This document shows positions 24,649-34,876 of a stretch of DNA of 43,340 nt, in pieces; within the stretch, counting starts at the first letter, position 1, and every line of letters starts with the position of its first letter. Source of the DNA: Intoshia linei (Eukaryota > Animalia > Orthonectida); assembly GCA_001642005.1 (NCBI GenBank), contig LWCA01000183.1:1-43340 (forward strand), read 5' to 3'. Below the pieces are notes generated by a model. That model was not told the origin of the DNA. It saw nothing but the letters and a program-made list of their open reading frames with translations, and did no database searches. The position numbers and the translations under genes were made by a program.

Positions 24649-24790
24649 ACATAAGCATTTCACCAAATTTAAAACAGTTAAACTTTAATTTAATCAAGTT
24701 AATGTTAAAAGCATTAGACTTGAAATAAATAAGTACACATGTATAAGTATCAAAGTAAAATATATATTTTTAATTTGAATGGTTGGTGTT

Positions 24791-27700
24791 TTATAAAAAG
24801 AATATCAAGAAAATGACAACAAATAAAAAAAGTATTGCAAATACTTTAAACATTAGCCATCTATTTGCAGATATCGTTCTAAAATATTTGAGTAATTCAG
24901 CATAAGCTGCTTCAATTTGTGTATGTGTATCTTCTACTTGCATATCAATTCTAGATATATAAATTAAGTGTTTCTATGAAATCGTTCACAAAAATCAGAA
25001 AAGTATTATTTCATGATTGATTATGTACCTAATGGGTGGCTATTCATTACTGAATATAAACTATTATCTAAATCAATGTCGGTGAACCTTCTCTACTAAT
25101 CAGACACATTTTATTTACCATTTTTAAAGTTGTTGTAATCAATAAAAATGTATATTTATACGATGTTTTATTTTATAAACATTTATAAAATTATATATTT
25201 TATGAAACATTAAAAATATATTATTAAATATATCTATATATCTGAAAAAATTAGGAACCGTCGTTTAATGTCACATTGTTAGTTAAAAAATAAAGTAAAT
25301 TGCATATTTTTGAAAAAATTAAATGAATGAAATACCTATCTACCATTTCTTCTTGCTCTTTAACTAGAGTACACAATTCAGTAAAAATTCCACCCAGTTC
25401 TACAATAGTTTCCTCAATATTCTGCATATCTTTATTTCTTGACTCATAATATGCACTCTGAAAATATTGAATAATATAAATGATCCATAATACATCTGAA
25501 TTTTTAACTAATGTTTGTTGGTCCAATTCATTTCCCATTTCAATGACTAAATCATTAGCCATATTACTACGATGAGGTCTATTTTTCCTAAGTAAAATTG
25601 ATTCTCCTTTAATGGATGAAGAATACGTTTCTTCGCATCCATATTGTCGTCGACGCAATTGGTTACATTTTAAATTCTTAAAAATTAAGTTTAATTAAAT
25701 TAAATGTCATACCTCAGTACGAATTTGTAAAACATTTTTAAAGTCACTTGAAACATTTGCTAGTTTACTCTAAAATAAAAAAAATTGATTTTAACAAAAT
25801 AATTAAACCTGTAAACCAACTACAACAGTTTTTGAATGTTTTTCGAAATTAGAACCTTTTTTAGAAATATCTTTAGTCTGCATTTAGTTGATTAAGAAAA
25901 TAAAATTGTTACATTGTACAATTTGGAAATATTTTGGTTCATATTTTCAATGTCCTTTCTTATTTCGTAAGTAAAGGTTTCAATTTGGTCGGAATGATCA
26001 TCATATATTGATTTAGATTTGGCAACTAAATATTTGAGTCAATCAAGTATAAGAACATAAGGTTTTCTCATTCATACATTACATGAATCATTATAATTAT
26101 CGTCATGATTGAAGTATTAAATTTACGTAAAGTGAGTTCCTGAAGTTTAGACATGGTTTCACAAAGCATTTTGGTAATATTTCGTGCGGCAATATTAAAT
26201 GGTATATTATTATTATTATTCGGTTTAGTGTTCTTTATATTCAACGTCTAAACATATATTCTTACTTGTATAATATGCTTTGTTTGTCCGTGTGTTATCG
26301 TTTATTTCAATAACCACCAGCCTTAGAATTTTATAAAGTTCACATTTCAATTACAGTTTTTTCCGAGAATGTTCGCAAACTTAATTTCAACCTTCCCAAC
26401 TCACATCTTACCGGTCAAAAACCCCAATTATCCTTTTTTTTGAAAATCAAACGAGTTGGAGAATTTAAAAAAATATATACACTGATACGGATTTTAAAAT
26501 CATAAACATTATCATAAAATTAAATTTAAAAAAATTATATCTTTAGGGCCAAATTACCATTCTTTTTTTAATGAAAACAGCCCTAGAATTTCAAAAAATT
26601 TACACGTAGTACAGTTGCATCCTGTTAACACACAGAAAATTTAAATCCGAATAAGTGACGACTTCACGGTCAAAAAAGCATTTTAATATTCATATTAATT
26701 TTTTTTTTGAAATATTTTATTAAAACAAAAAATGTGAAATAATTAACGGTCCGTTACGGATATTTTTCAAATATTTGGATTAAATTGAAAATGTAAATAT
26801 TGATCCTACAATTTCAAAAAAAATGTGCATTGAAAGTCTACACATTTCCAATAAAGAAATATGGGTGAAAATCTATATAATTCATTCCTTCGCAATTTTT
26901 AAATTTCAAATTCTCATTTTTAAAACATTTTGAATAAAATTTAAATATAAACTAAAACAACTTTGTTAATATCATTTTTATATTCATTACAATCCTTTGC
27001 AATTTTAATAAAATTTGACTAAAATATGTTTATAAAGTGAAGATTCGGTTAATTATTGATACATAATTGGTATTTTTAAGTATTTATTAAATTTATTATT
27101 GGTACTGAATATATCATCACATTGAAAATGACAAAATAGGTTTTTATAAATTTATTTTTTCTGGAATTTATGCTATTTATGACAATTTTTAATAAAAATG
27201 AATTAATAATAAAAATATTTATAAATAACTAATTAATAATGAAAATCTGGCTTAAAAACAAAATATAAACTAAAAAATTAAATAAATGTGATTCTTCAAT
27301 TGAAAATACATTTTTAATTCTTGGTAGGCGATAACTTGACCACCCATTAAGATAAGCACTATCAAAAAATATTTTATGGGTCTGCAAAAATATTTTTTGG
27401 GCATAATGGTTAGTTCTTTTCTAAGTGTGGGAATCACTGATATTAAGCCGTATCATTTTTTAAAATTATTTTTGAATATTTATAGATTTTATTTTTATCT
27501 AATTGTATATTTTTAATCCAGTAATTTAACTACATACTAGCACTGGATAATCAATTTTAAATGTGTGTAACGCTTCCAATTCAATTTTCAGTAGAATAAA
27601 TAATTACTTATAATCAAATATATGTCCAAATTGTTTAAAAATTGACCAATATTTTCATCCCCTACAGATAATTACTAATGTTATTGTTATATAAATATTA

Positions 27701-28186
27701 ATACTTGTATTAGGTTTTTATTTAGGCTCAATTTGGGTCTCGAAAAGTCAAAATTATAACTATAAAAAAAGATTTTTGAAAAAACGTTTCGGTAAGAAGC
27801 AAGCAAAATTCATACTAACTGGTAGAAATATTAATTAGGATTTGCAAACAAAGATAAGTGAAACATTATTACTGTTATATGGTTCATGTGACCAAAAAAG
27901 ATGGCAAATACTGTATAAAAATAATGATTTAACTTTGCAGAACCAAACACAAAAAATGAATTTCACGACACTTAACAATGTTTATAAATAATATTACTTG
28001 GGTTTGTTTTGTATTTTTGACAATTTGTAAAAATTCCTTAGTACGATTTTGAGTTTCATAGGTAAATAAGTTGGATTGGTCGGATATTGACAAAGACGCA
28101 TTACTTTTGGTATGTCGCGAAAATTGTGTATTTTTACTATAAACATCACTAGATATTGACTGATTGCTTTCTGTAAAATTCGACAT
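24791..28186 (-). CDS. STX5: Syntaxin-5 / Sed5 (Qa-SNARE), ~337 aa
   Basis: Exons 28186-27998, 26247-26127, 26025-25913, 25877-25809, 25769-25713, 25676-25494, 25457-25336, 24950-24791. N-peptide NRTKEF; Habc HSKTVVVGLQSKLANVSSDFKNVLQIRTEN; SNARE motif MQNIEETIVELGGIFTELCTLVKEQEEMVDRID; C-terminal NRWLMFKVFAILFLFVVIFLIFFL membrane anchor. Confidence 0.96.
26550..26945 (-). repeat. Copy of the 3478-4154 repeat family in STX5 intron 1
   Basis: High-identity reverse complement of ~3478-3950, with an internal deletion relative to that copy. Confidence 0.85.
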
Positions 28187-28336
28187 ATGGTAAAATAAAC
28201 GATCAAATGTTAATATAAAACGTAATATAATTAGTAAAACGTAACATTATTTTTTAGTTTCTAAAGTTATAGTTCAAATTGAGAAATGGAAAAAAATCAT
28301 AAATACAAAAATATAAAATTTAAACCATTTACCAAA
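28187..28336. promoter_or_regulatory. Probable compact bidirectional promoter between STX5 and RagC/D
   Basis: Divergent ATGs at 28186 (-) and 28337 (+; upstream in-frame ATG at 28286). Direct repeat TAAAACGTAA at 28216-28225 and 28235-28244. Confidence 0.6.
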
Positions 28337-30658
28337 ATGGATCATTTTAAGAACTTGTTCTTGAATGTGAATCCAAGTATCTACAAAATTTATATATTTG
28401 GATCTCGCAGGTTGAATTTTTTGTCATATATTTATACCATAGATCCGGTAAATCATCAATATTCAGATTTATGTTTGATGATTATTCTCTTACTATTCCG
28501 GGTGGACTAGAACATAATCCTGATAATGTGTATATTTCTAGTAATAAAATTATGAGTTTAAATGTATTTATTTTAGTCCTAAATAATCATTGGTTTAAGG
28601 ATATTCAAGTTTATGATTTTCCGGTTAAATTTGATATTAAAGAAGACAGATTCAAAAGTTATTTACCAGAGTTTTTTGATAAAGTTTTGGCCATTATTTT
28701 TGTGATTGATGCCCAGGTGTCTTTAATTTTTGATTTTTTAAAATTTATTTAGGATGCTGTGCAAAATTCATTACACCAATTTAACAAATTTTTTGAAATT
28801 GTTAATCGGCAAAACTCTCATATATATTATGTCATTTTTGCACATAAAAGTGATGGATTGAATGACACCCAAAAACTTGACGTTTTAAGGTGTATAAATG
28901 CCAATGAATCAAAGTATAGCGATAACGTTACACAGTTTCTTACTACACTATATGATATTTCTGTTAGAGAGGGTAAATTAGAAAAATTTTGTTTTCATTT
29001 TGTTTAGCTTTTAGTTTACTTATTCAAAGAATTTTAAAAATAGTTCCAGAAATTGAGAGTATACTCAATTTTTTTGTGTCTGTAATTTTTATTTATATAA
29101 TGATAAACATTTTTCTAAAATTCTAAATGATTTTGCCTTTTTTTTGGTTGATAAATTAAAATAATTTAATGTTTAATGTAAATTTGCACATACAGTACAG
29201 TATTTTCTCTCTAGTTCGACGAATTTTTCACACCTTGTCTCGTTATAATAACCTTTTCCAAAAAATTATAACGTACAGGATTTTCAAACTATTTATAAGC
29301 TAATTGTACACAGAATATTGTATTTAAATTTTTTTGCTCTTATTATTTTCTTATGGCTTATCTAGCATTTATTTTAGTATTCTTTTTTGAAAAGTGTTTA
29401 CTTATGTGATATAAATAGCAAAATATTTTTTTCTTTTTATTCCAACACATTGAGCAATGTTGATCAAATGTCGTATGATATGTCTTGTAAGGTTATTACC
29501 TTACTTAAAAATACCTCTGAAGGTTATAATAAGGAGAGGTATTTTATTAATTGATATAGTTTACATCAGGGATGCCAAACCTGTCGACCCCATATGATTT
29601 TCTAGTCGATCGCCAAAATTAAAAAATTAGAATTAATTTTTTATTTATTAATAATAATCTTCATTAAAATGATAGCTATTTAATATTGATATAAATAATT
29701 TATTTTTAATATTGTTAAAGTATCAATAAATGCGATGTAACTTATTTAAATCGTTATCTAATAAATAAATTAGTCCATTATTTCTTAAACAAAGTTTTGC
29801 TGATAATTTTCAAATATACAACTAAAGTTGCTTGAAATTATTCCGAATTTTATTTTTTATGTAATCTACGATGACACAAAAAACATTTACTTAAACTTTT
29901 TTTTGGATTCCGCAAGGCGATTGTTTTTAAATACATTTTTCTAGTCAATGTATTTTAAAGTCGATCTCATCAAAAAAAGGTTCGGCACTCCTGCTTTACA
30001 TAATTCAAAGGGTTTATAATGATTGATGAATATTTATATTTTAGAGTTAAAAACGATATATCTGTTTCAGTGTTAATGGGAGAAGAAAGGATATTTTGCA
30101 AAACAATGAATTCTTCACTTTGTTGTGTGGTAATTAGATCTTAAATAAATTCGTCTACTTAAATTCAACCATTTTTACTAAACATCGAAATTTACCAACA
30201 CTTAAGAAAAAATCCTAGTTTTACTAGCCCTAAAAAAAATACAATGTTACCAACCCCAAAAGGAAAAATCCATTTTACTAAAATGTAATTATCTTTATCC
30301 TTATTGAATTAAAAAAGTGTATATTTTATTTTATGTTGGTACATTTGATTTTTGTAAAAATGGTTGGGTTTAAGAACATAAAAAATCTTTTTCAATTACT
30401 GAAAATCACAAGTTATATATTTTTTTATTATTATCATAAAGCTTTCTCATATTATATTAACTTTTATGTGTATATTATTTTATTTTAGATAAAACATACG
30501 GATGACGGTGCAAACGAACGTAATTTTTTTAATTTTGAATGTCTTGTATTTTACTTTTAGCTATAATTGAATATAATCTAAATATAATATTTAAAGCCCT
30601 TCAACAATTGATTCACAAATATAAATCGGAAAATATTGTTATGTATAAAACATTTTAA
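28337..30658 (+). CDS. RRAGC/D: Ras-related GTP-binding protein RagC/D (Gtr2) homolog, divergent, ~326 aa
   Basis: Exons 28337(or 28286)-28410, 28443-28563, 28600-28716, 28753-28972, 29008-29081, 29378-29538, 30045-30129, 30489-30519, 30561-30658. Motifs GSRRSGKSSI, DFP, AIIFVIDAQD, FAHKSDGL, TTLYDISVREAFSLLIQRI, SKIF..VDQMSYD, IIEYN align with RagC GLRRSGKSSI / DFPGQ / ALIYVIDAQD / FIHKVDGL / TSIYDHSIFEAFSKVVQKL / VDMQSYE / LIDYN. Confidence 0.92.
29567..29993. mobile_element. hAT (Buster/Charlie-type) MITE in RagC/D intron 6
   Basis: TIRs CAGGGATGCCAAACCT / AGGTTCGGCACTCCTG; TSD GTTTACAT / CTTTACAT (7/8); subterminal GTCGA motifs. Confidence 0.9.
30158..30374. mobile_element. Unclassified MITE in RagC/D intron 7
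   Basis: Inverted repeat CTTAAATTCAACCATTTTTAC / GTAAAAATGGTTGGGTTTAAG (19/21) with internal TTTTACTA repeats. Confidence 0.65.
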
Positions 30659-31087
30659 GTAAATATTATTTTTTTAGTCATTTTAATGCATTAACACTGT
30701 CCTAAACGGTCCCGCTAATGGAGATTCCATTGGAGACTAATGTTAAACAATGAAATGCATTAAATACAGTGGGGATCACAAAATGTACACATATACGGCC
30801 CTTTACAAAATTTGTATGAATTTATGTAATTTCTCAACTATTCAAAAGTAAAACTACACAAAAAATGTGTAGTTTTTATAATTTTGATACATAATGCATT
30901 AAAATATAATCTCAAAATTTACATTATATCTCAAATATTGGCGATATATGGCCAGATTAAAATTGTACACCCCTATAGACAACTGTTTTTGGTTCCACTA
31001 CCCCAGTTGTTGCAGGTTCGAATAGTACGGTCATTTAAAAATATTTATTTTTTAGACTCAAAGGAAACATGAAAAAATTAAATTTTT

Positions 31088-31256
31088 TTTTATTAGATTC
31101 GTAAAATCGTGTTTTTCAAAAAAATATTGGAAAAAGGGGATTTTTCCATTAAGGTTGGAAGAATTGAATTTTTTGTTTTGGATTAGGAAGTTGTTTATAA
31201 GATTTGGTGAAATCGTGTTTTCAAAAAAAAATGGGTAAAATTTGATTTTTCTATTA
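31088..31256. repeat. Imperfect direct repeat, ~105-110 bp period
   Basis: AGATT..AAATCGTGTTTT(T)CAAAAAAA..GATTTTT..ATTA occurs twice. Confidence 0.6.
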
Positions 31257-32868
31257 CCATTTGAAGGGGTATTTTGTAGTAAATTTTATTAATGGTGGTA
31301 TAAAAGTGACATTTTTTAAATAATAATGTAGCAGTCGTCTAGGCTTTGGGATAAATTCCCAACATCTGACCACTCTGTAATAAATATTAAACATTCTCAT
31401 ATCCCATCCATTTTTTAATTCAGTATTTGAAACATTTATCGGTGTTATTTTTTGTTGGATTAAAAAAAATTCGCTCGTCATGCGGCCTCCCTATCCACTC
31501 TCTTAACTATCTTGCATCATTTTGATTTTTAAAAAAAAATATCCTAATGTGGATTTTCTTGAATACTTTTATTACAAATGGTACATTCTATAAAAGATGT
31601 ATTTGTAATAACATTTTGTCATTTTCAAGGCGGGAAGCAGATTTCTTTCGTTCGAAATATTAGAAAAATTATGATTTAAATCAGGATTCCTAGACTTTTT
31701 TCACAGCGGACCGGTAATAAACTATAAAATCTTAAACCAAATTAATTTAACTTATTTGCATCGCTACTAAATTACTTCAAAATTTCCAAAAAACTTTTGC
31801 ACAACTTTTAAATTTTTATTTATTTGACAAGTATGCCATAAATTTCAGACAGATCGTTGCTTTCGATGACAAGTGCTTCTTAACCTGTTTTGATTTGCAC
31901 CTTCAAACGGTAAATTTTTCAATTGTCAATAATTACCTCTATCAATAAACAGCCAATTAATTATTAATTTATTCAACAGTGCTTAAATGTGGGTCCACAT
32001 AAAAAATATAATACTAAAGTCAAAACGTAAAAAGGAAAAGTTTAATTAATCCCTGGGTTAATATTAATTTATCGTTTCCACGGAAAAAATATACACAATA
32101 AGAAAAACTTGTGACCATAACATGGTAAAAAACATTATTTCCGAATGTGTAAATTTTGAATATTATCCAACCCCTTTTGTATGTTGCAGACCGTCAAAAT
32201 AACAAAATTTTAAATTTTGACTTACTATTTAAAGTTTGGGAAATAAAATGTATTCTAAATTTAAGTTTAAAATCAATGTGGTTCTTAACAGTTGGCAAAT
32301 CTCTATATCCTATTTTTTGGGAATACACATCATTTTATATACTGTATACATGTATTCTAAGCTGATGGACGGTTCATAAGCGCTGATTCAAAATACAATA
32401 ATGGTAATGTTCCCATTTTAATGATAATGTTTTTGTTGCTTTTCATATAAAAGTGAATCAAATATGGGAGTGATTTTTCGTGACTCGAATATCGCACGCT
32501 TATCTGGTTTTTTACGTTCGTTAGTGAAAGATAATAACATACTAGAGTTTAAACTAGTGGTTCTTAAACTTCACAGACCCCTTCAAAATATTTCGAATCA
32601 CTTCAGACTAATGATTTTGATAATGAATACTATGCGAAGAGATCAATTTTTTGTAAAAAAGTTTAAATATTTTATTTTTAAAATGTACCATATTTAAGTT
32701 TTTACCAGAATTGTAATATTAGAAATAATCTCGAAACATAAAAAATTTAAATCCATAATGAAAGAATTTAACAAAACACACATTTATGATGCGAATTTTT
32801 ATTTCCATATATAAATAACATTTTTATTAAAAAAATAAAATTTCTTAACAATATCTACATAACTTGTT

Positions 32869-34625
32869 CTAATGCTTACAACTTGAAATGAGTTCCTAAA
32901 TTTCAAGTAAGAAAATTAATAATTAAAATTACTAGGCAATTTTGCGTGACATCAGCGGTATCCAAATTTTTATTATTTACAAAATCTATTAAAATTTCGT
33001 TTATTTTATCAATTTGTTCTCGAAGGAAACTAGAGATTTAATTGAAATAATTAATACAAAATAAAATACGAATTTCTGTCATGAGCTTTTTCTAATAGCT
33101 GTACCATTTCCATGTGATTAATACGATAATCTTCCATTCTAAATAACAATACATTATTGTAAACAAAATTCAACTTTTTTTCTAACGATTCAATATATTC
33201 TTTTTTTTTCCGTCGTGATTCTTGAGCGGAGAGCTAATGTCAATGAAAAATGAAATAATGCGTGTACCTTATTTTTAATCTTTCGACGAACTTTTTTAAT
33301 ATTTTTTTCATCTTGTCGCGTCAAATATCTTTCATCTGGTATAGGATATCCTTCACTCATCATTGTAAGTTCTTCTTCACGTGAAAGTTTGTAAACATTT
33401 TTTTTATCCTAAATGAAAATAATTTTTATAATCAAGCGGAATACTTTTGGGATAATTAATCTACATTTATTGGATAAAATTTCCTGTAAACTAGAAACAT
33501 TTGAAATTACAATAACGTCTTTTTTGTCAATATTAGCTAATCGGTTTGATTTTGTAATTTTATCGACTTGATACTCGTCTTTCAAAAACAACGTTTCTTT
33601 ATAATTGATATGTTGTTGTTGGGTTTTAAAAATTTTTGGGGGAGAAACAGATTTAAAAAAAGCCTTAGAATTGTCTATTTTGTTTACACGTCGAATTTGG
33701 CCAGGTGAATTTTGTAGAGGTGAAACTTTGGAAATCCGTGAGATTTTGTCATTCAAATTTCCAGGCATTTTGACCTTTAAAATTTTTGGAGAAACTTGTG
33801 AATTATTATTATCTGGTGCTTTTAGAGGTTGCTTAAGCTCTATAATGTAATTACACGATGTGGGAGGTTGAATATTCTTCAATTGTACATCAACAATTTT
33901 GGATTCATCGCAATCAATTTTTTCATGCTGTAAATCAAAATATTGGCTGGGTTTGCAAGGTTTCAAATTAGTATTTGGGGAAGTAGAATGAGAAACAGAT
34001 AAATTATCATTTTCCAATTCAAATAGATTATTTGTAATATCGCCCATTTTGAAATCATCAAATAAACCGTGCCAATGAGCATCAAACGATGTAGGTTCAA
34101 AGAATCTAGATGAAATGAATTAAAGATATAAATGAATTACTTGTCATTTTTGAAATTATACAACTTTTCTTTTTGGATGGAATTATGCGATATTGGAAGA
34201 TATTGATTCCCACTAGTTTGTAAAACATTTTCACTAGAGCGAGTTAGGTGGCCATCATAAACATTGCTCCGTTTTGATTCCTGAACATTTCCTATGGGCT
34301 GAGCAACTGCATCGGACATCATTCGGTCATTCAATATGGGTCCCTGGTATTCTCTGTTATTGAGGTGCATGTAAAAATCGTCAAATATATTGTGAACTAC
34401 CTAAACCAAAGGTAGATTACTTTATCAAATCTCAATCTACGAAGATAGAGCGATAATGTACCGCGGTAGATGATAAAAATAAATAGATAATGTCAATAAC
34501 TCTGGAAATTAAGCGGATAATTTTATTCTGGATAAACGATGTACAGTTTAAAATTATGTTTCCTAAAAATAATTTTTGACTAGACTTTGGACGGAGTTTC
34601 CAAAATTAATATAGTTTACCTTCAT
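32869..34625 (-). CDS. CrebA: CREB3/OASIS-family (CrebA-like) bZIP transcription factor, ~439 aa
   Basis: Exons 34625-34620 (tentative MK micro-exon), 34400-34141, 34105-33445, 33408-33268, 33233-33175, 33138-33070, 33029-32933, 32895-32869. ATB region LSREEELTMMSEGYPIP plus basic region [30 protein letters not shown] is diagnostic of CREB3L1/2/CrebA. The first and last exons are less certain. Confidence 0.9.
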
Positions 34626-34876
34626 GATAAGATTGTTTGTAAAACTAAAAAAATGAAACACATGTACATTATGAATACACAATCAATAGGAGGTGTAAAT
34701 TAAATTGTGATAATCGATTGTTAACTGTAACGATGTTGAGATTTTTCATAGAGCACAGAATGAAAATTTAAAAATAAAGTAGAGATTAGCAACATGTGAA
34801 CGCCAGATTTTAATAAATGTAAATTTTAATTCAAATACAGTAGTCACTGACCAAATTGTTTATTCTCAATACAAAA

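Noticed and set aside
28624-28658. Alternative intron starting GTTAAA that might repair the RagC G3 motif
   Set aside because: The 26- and 35-nt GT-AG options shift the frame, none yields Gly-Gln, and the unspliced length already aligns with RagC.
33605-33850. 81-aa plus-strand ORF (similarly 6170-6388, 14431-14625, 23017-23226)
   Set aside because: Antisense shadows of real exons of CrebA, Lhx1/5 and COQ2.
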